NCBI GenBank assembly: GCA_964516645.1
Contig: CAZEXE010000001.1
Span: forward strand, 23,983 to 73,413
Length of the DNA stretch: 49,431 nucleotides
Source of the DNA: an uncultured Candidatus Poseidoniales archaeon
GTDB taxonomy: Archaea > Thermoplasmatota > Poseidoniia > Poseidoniales > Poseidoniaceae
Direction of reading: 5' to 3'
Positions 17,800 through 26,491 of this stretch are shown piece after piece (positions within the stretch are counted from its first letter, which is position 1; every line of letters starts with the position of its first letter). Below the pieces are notes generated by a model. That model was not told where the DNA came from and did no database searches. It worked only from the letters and a program-made list of their open reading frames with translations. The position numbers were made by a program, and so were the translations under genes.

Positions 17800-18522
17800 A
17801 TGGGATGGCTGGTCGGCCGTCTCGGAGACAAAGAGATGTCAGGAGCGAAAGAAGGCGCCGAGCTGCGCCTCGTGACTCCTGGAGAAGCCATCGGGGCTTC
17901 GTCAGGGGCGCGAGCAGGAACAGGTACCCTAATCATGGGGGACAACATTATCGCAACCAAAGTCGGTTGGATAAAGGTAAACAATGGAGTTACATCAGTA
18001 GATCCTATTCATTCAGCATACATGCCAAGGTCTGGTGACCTTGTAATCGGAGTTGTCGAAAGTGTTCGTAACAATCTCTGGTTTGCTGATGTAAACGGAC
18101 CATTCAATGGATTATTGCCTATGTCATTAGCACCTTGGAAAGTAGAATTTGGTGCTGCAAGACAACAAATGGATATTGGTGACATTATGTTAGCAAGAGT
18201 CCAAGAAGTCGATGAAGCACATAACATTGTCTTGACAATGAAGGGAGTTGGTCTGCGCCGCCTAAAGGAAGGCATCATGTCCGAAATTTCGATGAATCAT
18301 ATTTCACGCCTAAGGGGAGAGCAAGATTCTACCCTAAGGCAACTAAAGGAAGTCAGCGATTGTAGAATTATTGTTGCTGAAAATGGAAGAGTTTGGGTCG
18401 ATGGTGACTCAGACGGAATTGCATTCATGCGCACTGTACTCGATTTGGTGCGTAACGAAGGCCATATGGCCACATTCAATGCTTCATTGGAAGCATTAAT
18501 CGAAGAAAGGAGGAATGCCTGA
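17800..18522 (+). CDS. rrp4: Exosome complex RNA-binding subunit Rrp4 (N-terminal, S1 and KH domains)
   Basis: LVTPGE is in the N-terminal domain, YMPRSGDLVIGVVESV in the S1 domain, and there is a KH-like C-terminus. Position is upstream of rrp41/rrp42. An alternative start is the ATG at 17836. Confidence 0.85.
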   Translation: MGWLVGRLGDKEMSGAKEGAELRLVTPGEAIGASSGARAGTGTLIMGDNIIATKVGWIKVNNGVTSVDPIHSAYMPRSGDLVIGVVESVRNNLWFADVNGPFNGLLPMSLAPWKVEFGAARQQMDIGDIMLARVQEVDEAHNIVLTMKGVGLRRLKEGIMSEISMNHISRLRGEQDSTLRQLKEVSDCRIIVAENGRVWVDGDSDGIAFMRTVLDLVRNEGHMATFNASLEALIEERRNA

Positions 18523-19259
18523 TGGGCGGATACGGAGATGTACAACTATTACGTGATGATGGACTGCGATTAGATGGTCGCAAAGTCGATGAAATGAGAG
18601 AAGTCGAAATTGAGGCAGGTATTCTGCCTGCTGCAGAAGGTTCTGCTTGGGTTAAGCATGGTCTTAACATCGCAGTTTGCGCTGTTTACGGACCAATGGA
18701 AGCACATCCAAGAAAAATACAGAGACAAGACAGAGCAGTAATCGATGTTCGTTACAACATGGCGCCATTCTCAACAAGTGATAGAATTCGTCCAGGATTT
18801 AATCGACGCTCTAGAGAGATTAGCAAAGTGACCGCTGAGGCTCTAGAAAGTGTTGTACTGATTGAAAGATTCCCACGCTCAAAAATTCGTGTGGAAATTG
18901 AAATTTTGGCTGCTGAGGCCGGAACTCGCTGTGTAGGAATTACTGCTGCAGCTGTTGCACTTGCCGATGCAGGAATTCCAATGAGGGATTTGATTGTGGG
19001 TGTTGCAAGTGGAAAAATCGAGGATACTGTAGTTCTTGACCTAGACAAGGCCGAAGACAACTATGGCCAAGCCGACCTTCCTATGGGAATTCTACCTACT
19101 ACTGGAGAAATCGCATTCTTGCAGATGGATGGTGATCTTTCAGTTGAAGAATACAACACATGTATGGAATACAACATGAAGGCTGCAAAGGAAATTCATG
19201 AGTTGCAAGTTGATGCACTAAAGCGCAGGTATGCACAAAAGAATGGAGGTGGAGTCTGA
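18522..19259 (+). CDS. rrp41: Exosome complex exonuclease Rrp41 (RNase PH-like)
   Basis: RLDGRKVDEMREVEIEAGILPAAEGSAWVKHG is the RNase PH domain start. TGATG overlaps the rrp4 stop. Confidence 0.9.
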   Translation: MGGYGDVQLLRDDGLRLDGRKVDEMREVEIEAGILPAAEGSAWVKHGLNIAVCAVYGPMEAHPRKIQRQDRAVIDVRYNMAPFSTSDRIRPGFNRRSREISKVTAEALESVVLIERFPRSKIRVEIEILAAEAGTRCVGITAAAVALADAGIPMRDLIVGVASGKIEDTVVLDLDKAEDNYGQADLPMGILPTTGEIAFLQMDGDLSVEEYNTCMEYNMKAAKEIHELQVDALKRRYAQKNGGGV

Positions 19260-20041
19260 TGGTTGAACTTGTACCAAAATTATTGCGACAGGAATTGGCT
19301 GCTCTTGCTGAGAAGGATGAGAGAATCGATGGTAGAGGACGCTGGGAATCCAGAGAAATTACGCTAGAGACAAATTGCCTATACAATGCAGAAGGAAGTG
19401 CAAAAGTAACTTGGGGAGATACTGTAATCTATGCTGGTGTTAAATTCGAGGTTAGAACTCCATGGCCAGACCGCCCTACTCAAGGGTCACTAATGTGCGG
19501 AGCAGAACTACGACCTGTTGCTGGACGTAAGTATGAACCGGGACCGCCTTCCCCTCAATCAATTGAGTTGGGAAGAGTCGTTGATAGAGGAATTCGCGAA
19601 TCAGGATGTATTGACATGGATTCTCTTTGCATTATTCCTGGCGAGAAGGTTCTAGGAATTATGATTGATATTCACGTGCTTTCTGACAAAGGAAATATCT
19701 TCGACGCATGTGCACTAGGTGCTATTGCAGCACTGCGAACAGCTATAGTTCCTGCAGAGCGATTTGATATCGGTGAAGACTACCCGCTTTCGCTATCGAT
19801 GACACCTACAATGTGTTCATTCACAAGAGTTGGTGGAAGGTATGTTCTTGATGCAAATGAAGAGGAAGAATTGGGTGGCGATGAGAGAATTCACATCACT
19901 TTAGGAGATGAAGGGCATCTTCATTCACTTCAGAAGGGGTTAAAGGGAACTTTCACTCCGGCCGAATTCGACGAGATACTCGAAATCGCTCAGCAGCGCT
20001 GTTCTGAACTCGCAGAACTTGTCAACTCCAAGGAGGAATAA
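19259..20041 (+). CDS. rrp42: Exosome complex subunit Rrp42 (RNase PH-like, inactive)
   Basis: RIDGRGRWESREITLETNCLYNAEGSAKVTWGDT. TGATG overlaps the rrp41 stop. Confidence 0.9.
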   Translation: MVELVPKLLRQELAALAEKDERIDGRGRWESREITLETNCLYNAEGSAKVTWGDTVIYAGVKFEVRTPWPDRPTQGSLMCGAELRPVAGRKYEPGPPSPQSIELGRVVDRGIRESGCIDMDSLCIIPGEKVLGIMIDIHVLSDKGNIFDACALGAIAALRTAIVPAERFDIGEDYPLSLSMTPTMCSFTRVGGRYVLDANEEEELGGDERIHITLGDEGHLHSLQKGLKGTFTPAEFDEILEIAQQRCSELAELVNSKEE

Positions 20042-20043
20042 AC

Positions 20044-20403
20044 ATGGCAAAGCGAACACAGAAGGCTGGTGCAACCGGTCGTTTTGGTGCAAGATATGGT
20101 GTTAGCGTTCGACGTAACGCAGGCATGGCCATGAAAAAGAAGTCTGCAAAATACACTTGTCCAGTTTGCCAATACCGCAAGGTTAGCCGCAAAGCTGTAG
20201 GAATTTGGGCATGTGGCAAGTGCGGACACACTTTTGCTGGTGGCGCATGGGAGCCTTACACTCGTGCATCAGATGCAAACAACAGAATCATTCGCCGCAA
20301 TGCAGATGGTGCTACTACTGCAGACATGGCATACATCGCTCAGCAGGCCGCTATCGAATACGAGCGTGCCATGAATGCTGGTGAACTAGACGAAGAGGAG
20401 TGA
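20044..20403 (+). CDS. rpl37ae: Ribosomal protein L37Ae (eL43) with a roughly 30-aa C-terminal extension ending in an acidic tail
   Basis: MAKRTQKAGATGRFGARYG, then zinc ribbon CPVC...CGKC. The product is 119 aa, against roughly 90 aa as I remember for most archaeal homologues. Confidence 0.9.
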   Translation: MAKRTQKAGATGRFGARYGVSVRRNAGMAMKKKSAKYTCPVCQYRKVSRKAVGIWACGKCGHTFAGGAWEPYTRASDANNRIIRRNADGATTADMAYIAQQAAIEYERAMNAGELDEEE

Positions 20404-20615
20404 TCCCCTTGTGGTCAGTCCGCCTTTCGGTGGATTCTACCCATGCTAAATCGTTAGCATCTAGTCTTTCTAGTGAAGAAGAAGTTATCGTTAATGGAGA
20501 TAATTTTACTTTTACTCTTGAAGAAAGTAGGGCTAAGGATGCGAGAGCAATGTGGAATACCAGAATGAGATCTTTAGTAATTGCAAGCAAAGTTATCGAA
20601 GTGATGGATTCTTGA
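20400..20615 (+). CDS. pcc1: KEOPS complex subunit Pcc1-like protein
   Basis: A 71-aa product. The C-terminal ARAMWNTRMRSLVIASKVIEVM resembles the Pcc1 helix (lRA..NsylRwl.....vi). It sits between L37Ae and prefoldin beta, as in other archaeal superoperons. The GTG start overlaps the L37Ae stop by 4 nt. Confidence 0.5.
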   Translation: MIPLWSVRLSVDSTHAKSLASSLSSEEEVIVNGDNFTFTLEESRAKDARAMWNTRMRSLVIASKVIEVMDS

Positions 20616-20639
20616 ACCCCAAGCCTGTGAGGTGGAAAT

Positions 20640-20948
20640 ATGGAGTCGGCCCAACAATTGCAAATGGTAGTGGCAGAAGTTCAATCTGCCAGACAACAAG
20701 TTGCTTCATTAAATGCTCAGGTCAGAGAATTGGAAGGAACGATTGCTGCAGTGAAGAATCAACCTGAAGACATGGCGCTCCATCGCCAAATGGGGACAAT
20801 TCTAGTTGAAGTTGAAGACCGTGACCAATTGCTATCTGATTTAGAAGCAACCCTTAAACAGATGAAATCTGCTGTTGAAACTATGGGTAAACGAGAGGCT
20901 GAACTTGTAGCAACCTATGAAAAGTTGAAGCAATCTCTAGAGGGATGA
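20640..20948 (+). CDS. pfdB: Prefoldin subunit beta
   Basis: A 102-aa coiled-coil/beta-hairpin/coiled-coil layout: QQLQMVVAEVQSARQQV...MGTILVEVEDRDQLLSDLE...ELVATYEKLKQSL. Position in the superoperon fits. Confidence 0.8.
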   Translation: MESAQQLQMVVAEVQSARQQVASLNAQVRELEGTIAAVKNQPEDMALHRQMGTILVEVEDRDQLLSDLEATLKQMKSAVETMGKREAELVATYEKLKQSLEG

Positions 20949-21922
20949 ACTTGGACAAATTAGCGAACTGGATCAGTAATGCCACATCAAATGGAGCAGT
21001 TCCAGTTCTTGCCGGAAGAAATGGAGATATGGACACAATTGGTTCAGCCATTGCTTTGGCATCTTCGAATCCAAACCTAATGGCTTGTGGTTTGCATCTA
21101 GGAAAACTAGCAAACAGGCTCTGTTCTGAAATTAATGCTCCATTTAGAAAGTTAGCCAAATCGCCATCTTGGCCGTCAAAATTAGGCGGCATTATAATCG
21201 TAGATGCAGCATCAGAATCTCAAACAGGAGTTGAAATTCCAAAAGGTGTACCAATTTGCGTAATTGATCATCACGACACATGTGAATGGACATTTGGTAA
21301 AGGTGACTTGGAGGTAAGAGATAATGCTCGAGCCACTACGCAAATAATTTTCAACTACCTAAAGCAACATTCTCCTAAATCATTGAGTGATGAAGTACGT
21401 AAGCTCTTACTTGCAGGATTGATAACGGATACTGGTAGATTCAAACATGCTGATAAATCATCACTGAAATGTGCAGCAGAACTACTAGAAGATGCTAAAT
21501 TCGAGTATCAAGAATTCGTAGAATATATTCAAACAGAGGACATCAATTCCAGTGAAAGAGGAGCAATACTCAAGGCATTGTCTAGATGCCAATCTACAGA
21601 TTGTGGAAAGTGGAATCTTGTCCACACCCATGCAGGAATCCACGAGGGAAAGGTTGCCGGAATACTAACTCAAGCAGGTGCTGAAATAGCATTAGTATCG
21701 CGTTTTCGAGATGGTGAGACACGACTTACGGCAAGAGCACCAAGATCAACGACGCTATGTGGAATTCATTTAGGTGAGATGATGCAAAAATTATCTGCCA
21801 AACTGGGTGGCGATGGAGGAGGACATGATGGTGCTGCAGGCTGGACTGGAAAAAGCGACAGAATCGCTGCAGAAACTGCTTTCATCAATCTGTTAGCAAA
21901 TACTGGGAGGATGGATAAATGA
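20945..21922 (+). CDS. DHH/DHHA1-family phosphoesterase (NrnA/RecJ-like nanoRNase or pAp phosphatase)
   Basis: Motifs: I GDMDTIGS, II IIVDAAS, III VIDHH, IV GLITDTGRF, and DHHA1 GGDGGGHDGAAG. ATGA overlaps the pfdB stop. Confidence 0.8.
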   Translation: MNLDKLANWISNATSNGAVPVLAGRNGDMDTIGSAIALASSNPNLMACGLHLGKLANRLCSEINAPFRKLAKSPSWPSKLGGIIIVDAASESQTGVEIPKGVPICVIDHHDTCEWTFGKGDLEVRDNARATTQIIFNYLKQHSPKSLSDEVRKLLLAGLITDTGRFKHADKSSLKCAAELLEDAKFEYQEFVEYIQTEDINSSERGAILKALSRCQSTDCGKWNLVHTHAGIHEGKVAGILTQAGAEIALVSRFRDGETRLTARAPRSTTLCGIHLGEMMQKLSAKLGGDGGGHDGAAGWTGKSDRIAAETAFINLLANTGRMDK

Positions 21923-22950
21923 ACCCAGAAGAAATCATTCAGGCCTATGAGGATGGAGAGAGGCAACTAGAACCAATGCTCGAAAAGATGGGCTGGAAAA
22001 GTTGGCTCGGTGTTGCTGAATTAGGATTGGTAATGGATAGTGATATTGTTGAATACCTTGAGGAAAAACTCACTCCCTCCGAGACTAAAGTACTCAATTT
22101 AGTCAAGCAAAGACTGTCGGGTGAAATCAATTTGGATTCTATAGAAGAAGCGCTTGAAGTCGCAAGAAATCCAGATACTAGAGATCTAGCGCTTGAAGGT
22201 CGGTTAAGGATGGAGAGAGGTCTTGTCCATTTTGAAAATGGGGAAATCGAATCTGCAAGAGATGATTTAACTTGGGCAGAAACTCGATTGAAATCAGTCG
22301 CAAAGGCAAGTCGTGATCACGACATCTCATTGCTTAACAAAGCAGCATTCCATCTATCCATAGAGGAACCGATGATGGCACTGCATGTTCATGGAGAAAT
22401 TTCGCGAAGAGCAGGCCATGCAAATGAAACAATTGCCATATCGAGAATTCAGGCTGCTCGAATACACCTTGCATTTGGACATATGTTTGATGCTGCTAGG
22501 TGTGCATTCAATGCACATGCACATTCAATTATTGCTAATCAGATTGAATTAGCAGTCGAATCTGGTGCTATCTTTGTAGAGATATCTTCTGGGTTCATCA
22601 GCGATAAGGCAGAAAAATTTGCTGACCAAATCTTAGAAGCAAAGCCACTATCTGCAGGAGAAGAACAACCTGTTTTACAAGTCCACTCAGACGATGTATT
22701 GGGGGTTTTGGAGTGGTGTATAAAGCATACGGAAGAAGGTTATTCGGGGCAAGAAAGGCCCGACCTTAGAGCCTTAGTTATGCTAGCAAAAAGGTTGGAT
22801 AAGACTGAATTTTTTGCTGATTTACTATCTTCTCCAAGCGAGGTAGAAGATGCATTGTTAGCAGCATTATGTGCTTCAATTAGTGAAGAAGATACTGCAA
22901 AAATTTGGACTGATAGGGTAACAGAAATAATGACTCTAAAGGAATCTTAG
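21919..22950 (+). CDS. Hypothetical all-helical (TPR-like) protein translationally coupled to the DHH phosphoesterase
   Basis: A 343-aa ORF with ATGA overlap onto the upstream gene. Helix-rich composition, with no recognised catalytic motif. Confidence 0.5.
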   Translation: MNPEEIIQAYEDGERQLEPMLEKMGWKSWLGVAELGLVMDSDIVEYLEEKLTPSETKVLNLVKQRLSGEINLDSIEEALEVARNPDTRDLALEGRLRMERGLVHFENGEIESARDDLTWAETRLKSVAKASRDHDISLLNKAAFHLSIEEPMMALHVHGEISRRAGHANETIAISRIQAARIHLAFGHMFDAARCAFNAHAHSIIANQIELAVESGAIFVEISSGFISDKAEKFADQILEAKPLSAGEEQPVLQVHSDDVLGVLEWCIKHTEEGYSGQERPDLRALVMLAKRLDKTEFFADLLSSPSEVEDALLAALCASISEEDTAKIWTDRVTEIMTLKES

Positions 22951-23921
22951 AGCATTGATTGGGCCTTGATCATCCATTCCTCAGCCCAAGACTCTCCAGA
23001 TGTAAATAATGAACGAGCCATGAAGAAGGCCTCAGCAGCTTCACCTGCTTCGATGAGATCTTGCAATCGCTTCAAATCTAAGTCAATTACTTCCACTTCA
23101 ATTGTTTCTTCCACTTCAACAGGTACTTCTGACACAGTTTGAGAAAGGCTCTGCATTCGTTCTAAGAAATCTGCACGAGTCTCTAAGGATGGACCACTCC
23201 AGGGAACTGAATCCTTTCCATCCATTGCCCCCTTTAATCTCTCAAGGAATAAGTCTCTTACAGGTTCAGTTGGCCTAAATTGCTGAACATGATCATAACA
23301 TAACCAAGCCTGGTCAATTTCGTTTCTACGTTCATGTAATCTTCCTAATTCCATCCATAACTCGTGATTTGCAGGTCTGTGTGCAAGCAGATGGTGTACA
23401 AGTTCAATGAACATGTCTTCATGCCCAGCACTTCGAATTCGCTCTAGCCTACGCCCATAAATTATGTTGGCGCGCTGGTCTGTAAAATCAAGGCCCTTAC
23501 ACCGAATCGCAAAATTCTCTAATGACGGAGTATCTAATTTTCCAAACCAAACCTCAGGTTCTAAGGAATCTGTAAGAAAGGCTGCTTCGAGTAATTCCAA
23601 CCCTACTTCCATGTGATTTACACCTTTGAGTTGACCCAATTGATTTGGATCTCTGCCCAACACCACAAACAAATCTTCCAATACAAGTGCTAGTCCATCT
23701 CCATCATCACGCATATGTTTGATTTCTGCAAGGCAACGCCAATTTCTCTCATCGGTAAAATCGTACAGAACTGCTTGTTGTGCATTTTGTTCAGCCCACG
23801 CTAAATTCTCATCCTCGCGTGATGGATCCTTTTTCGCTAACCTGACGAATCTATCTGCTTGCGAACGGTGCCTGCTTCCTAAGTTTCTGCGTGGATGCTG
23901 GAGAACCGAAGCACTATCCAT
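22947..23921 (-). CDS. Hypothetical helical-repeat (TPR-like) protein
   Basis: A 324-aa ORF convergent with the previous gene, with a 4-nt overlap. TPR-like segments include WMELGRLHERRNEIDQAWLCYDHVQQFRP. There is an acidic linker EVPVEVEETIEVEVIDLD. Confidence 0.5.
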   Translation of the reverse strand: MDSASVLQHPRRNLGSRHRSQADRFVRLAKKDPSREDENLAWAEQNAQQAVLYDFTDERNWRCLAEIKHMRDDGDGLALVLEDLFVVLGRDPNQLGQLKGVNHMEVGLELLEAAFLTDSLEPEVWFGKLDTPSLENFAIRCKGLDFTDQRANIIYGRRLERIRSAGHEDMFIELVHHLLAHRPANHELWMELGRLHERRNEIDQAWLCYDHVQQFRPTEPVRDLFLERLKGAMDGKDSVPWSGPSLETRADFLERMQSLSQTVSEVPVEVEETIEVEVIDLDLKRLQDLIEAGEAAEAFFMARSLFTSGESWAEEWMIKAQSML

Positions 23922-23930
23922 GGAACCAAC

Positions 23931-25196
23931 TCACTGAACAGACATGAAATTTGACCGGTCATAACCCCATGGTATTGTCGCATCTATTCCTATCTTCGCT
24001 GTTTTACCATCACTAAGACGCGAGGGATCTAGACTGGAACCCTTTTGATTGGAAAGAATTACTGTATCAGTATCCGGTTGCCATCTTGTCATCATCGCCC
24101 ATTCTACTCTTACCGAATCTGTGATATCAATATCTTCGTCAACTATCGTTACCATCTTCATCGAGCGATGCCCATCAAGGGCTGCTTGAATTGCTCTTTT
24201 GCCATCGCCTTCATTCTTGACTTTGATTTTAACTACAGCTGCTAACCAGCCTCCTCCTCCTTCAGTCATGTGAACATCTAAGCATTCACATACCTCATTC
24301 ACAGCCGACTTAATCGTTGGAGCTCTTGGTAATCCCATCAATGTCTTGTGCTCAGCCTCAGCAGGTATCAAAGCGTGGAAGATGGGGTTGGTGCGATGGG
24401 TTATTCCATCTATCTCGATAACTGGTTCTTGGCGAACTTCATCAATAGTTCCTGTAATGTCAACATATGGGCCTTCATCATCATCCTCAGTCGTTATTCG
24501 GCCCCACATTGCGTACTCAGCATTTGCCGGAACATGAATTCCATTTGGCAGTGCAACCAATTCAAGTGGTCTGCCATACACCTTTTCGTGCAATGCAGAT
24601 GCAATAGTTAACTCGTCGATATTTGTATCGAATGACATAGCTGCTGCGAGCAGAACAACTGGGTCTGGTGCATTGATAATAGCGATATTTATCTCATCTC
24701 CAACTGCTCTTGCTTCACCAGTCATAGTGTGAAGATGCCTAGGAACAATTCTAGCCACTACATGGTTTTCATCACGTAAATATTGCCTATGAAAAGACAT
24801 GTTTCGAACGCCATTATATTCAGCGATAATTACGCTTGCTGACATATATCTACCACGATCTTCTCTCCAATGATGCGGAATCGGTAATTTGGTCAATTTC
24901 GGACTAACTTGAGGCTCTTCCATTACTGGACCAGATTCGACAATTCTTGGCGTTCCAGGATTTTCCATAGCCCACCCTAGCAGGTCAACAAATTGCTCCG
25001 GCTCAATAGACAGAGCCTCACATAAACGAGGGCGGGTGAGAAGATTAAGTGCAATTTTATGACCAGGTGCTTCAATCAGATTTTCAAATACTAACAAATC
25101 GTGTCCAGTAGAATTCGATTTGTCAAAAATCCCATGCAGTACACTTGTTGGCTCATCAACAATAGAGGCCGCACCTAGTAAATCACGGAATGCCAT
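23931..25196 (-). CDS. UbiD-family (prenyl-FMN-dependent) decarboxylase
   Basis: UbiD-like blocks are VPANAEYAMWGRITTEDDDEGPYVDITGT and ITHRTNPIFHA. The track ORF extends to 25229. The ATG at 25196 (MAFRDLLG) fits the family N-terminus. Confidence 0.75.
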   Translation of the reverse strand: MAFRDLLGAASIVDEPTSVLHGIFDKSNSTGHDLLVFENLIEAPGHKIALNLLTRPRLCEALSIEPEQFVDLLGWAMENPGTPRIVESGPVMEEPQVSPKLTKLPIPHHWREDRGRYMSASVIIAEYNGVRNMSFHRQYLRDENHVVARIVPRHLHTMTGEARAVGDEINIAIINAPDPVVLLAAAMSFDTNIDELTIASALHEKVYGRPLELVALPNGIHVPANAEYAMWGRITTEDDDEGPYVDITGTIDEVRQEPVIEIDGITHRTNPIFHALIPAEAEHKTLMGLPRAPTIKSAVNEVCECLDVHMTEGGGGWLAAVVKIKVKNEGDGKRAIQAALDGHRSMKMVTIVDEDIDITDSVRVEWAMMTRWQPDTDTVILSNQKGSSLDPSRLSDGKTAKIGIDATIPWGYDRSNFMSVQ

Positions 25197-25334
25197 CGAC
25201 CCTTCGTGTAGGATTATAACCATGAACATTGGCCTATACTTTCGGCTACGAGTGCATCATTTGACCCATCTGTTTCAATCGGCACCATGAAATAGGGGAG
25301 GTAGGTCGGCAAGTTGCTTCTTGGAGTGTTATGC

Positions 25335-25763
25335 ATGGGTCGTGGATTGTTCGCAGGAACTAAGATGGCAAAAGACCGCCAAAAGTTTAGGTGGTCTGAC
25401 CGTAGGTACAAGAAGCGTATGCTCAAGTCAAGAGCTAAGCACGACCCTCTTGCTGGTTCCACCCAAGCAAAGGGTATCGTTATCGAAAAAGTTGGCATTG
25501 AGGCTAAGCAGCCGAACTCTGGAATTCGTAAAGCAGTAAAAATTTCCTTGATCAAAAATGGAAACAAGTTAACTGCTTTCGCACCTGGTGATGGTGCAAT
25601 CAACTTCATCGATGAACACGATGAAGTGATGGTAGAAGGTATCGGTGGACGCATGGGTCGTTCATACGGAGATATTCCTGGTGTCCGTTACAAGGTCATC
25701 CAAGTCAACGGCGTTTCTCTAGATGAGATGGTTCGTGGACGAAAGGAGAAGCCTGTTCGATGA
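25335..25763 (+). CDS. rps12: Ribosomal protein S12 (uS12)
   Basis: [41 protein letters not shown] and [17 protein letters not shown] at 25335 (MGRGLFAG). Confidence 0.95.
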   Translation: MGRGLFAGTKMAKDRQKFRWSDRRYKKRMLKSRAKHDPLAGSTQAKGIVIEKVGIEAKQPNSGIRKAVKISLIKNGNKLTAFAPGDGAINFIDEHDEVMVEGIGGRMGRSYGDIPGVRYKVIQVNGVSLDEMVRGRKEKPVR

Positions 25764-25778
25764 TTCGGAGTGATTGTG

Positions 25779-26411
25779 ATGAGTGACGAAGTCGAAGCAC
25801 AAGAGGAAGAAGAAGTAATTGTCGAAGAAGTCAAGCCTATTGCAGGTATTGGAACCTTAGTTTTCGGCAAGTATGATGCTGCTGATGTCGTTTGCCGCGA
25901 CCCTGGTCTAGCCCCTTACATCAATCTCTCAACCGTTGGAGTCCCACACACTGGTGGCCGCCACGCTAACGCTTGGTTCGGAAAGGCTCGCCTGTCTGTT
26001 GTGGAAAGGTTCACAAACAAACTAATGAGAACTGGAAAGTACACTGGTAAGAAGATGGGCGCATTGAAAGCATTCGAAGCAGCATTGGATTCAATTGCTG
26101 CAAAGAGTGGTGAAAATCCTCTTCAAGCATTTGTTGATGCTATTTGCCACGCAGCACCAATGGAAGAAATCACCAGAATCAAATTTGGAGCAGTTTCTCA
26201 GCCAAAGGCGGTTGACAGTTCACCATCTCGAAGATTGGATGTAGCCCTAGCTAACCTAGCCAAAGGTGCTCAACAAGGAACTTCCAAGTCGAAGCGAACT
26301 CTAACACAATGTATCATCAACGAATTGTCCAAAGCAAGTGTTGGTGATGTCACCTCCTTTGCTGTGGCAAAGAAAGAGGAAGTTCAACGCATCGCTTCAA
26401 GTGCCCGTTGA
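25779..26411 (+). CDS. rps7: Ribosomal protein S7 (uS7) with an acidic N-terminal extension
   Basis: VERFTNKLMRTGKYTGKKMGALKAFEAAL and a C-terminal ...RIASSAR. An alternative GTG start is at 25770. Confidence 0.9.
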   Translation: MSDEVEAQEEEEVIVEEVKPIAGIGTLVFGKYDAADVVCRDPGLAPYINLSTVGVPHTGGRHANAWFGKARLSVVERFTNKLMRTGKYTGKKMGALKAFEAALDSIAAKSGENPLQAFVDAICHAAPMEEITRIKFGAVSQPKAVDSSPSRRLDVALANLAKGAQQGTSKSKRTLTQCIINELSKASVGDVTSFAVAKKEEVQRIASSAR

Positions 26412-26491
26412 TTTATTTAGCAACCCTAACCAAATTATTCTTGGTTATCGGACCCCAATAGTCAATAGCGTCATGCTTTGCGAGTCTAGTT

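Noticed and set aside
17742-18038. An Arg-rich 98-aa ORF and an antisense 74-aa ORF overlapping the SBDS/rrp4 junction.
   Set aside because: They are by-products of the local 64% GC island. The Rrp4 frame continues into conserved S1/KH domains.
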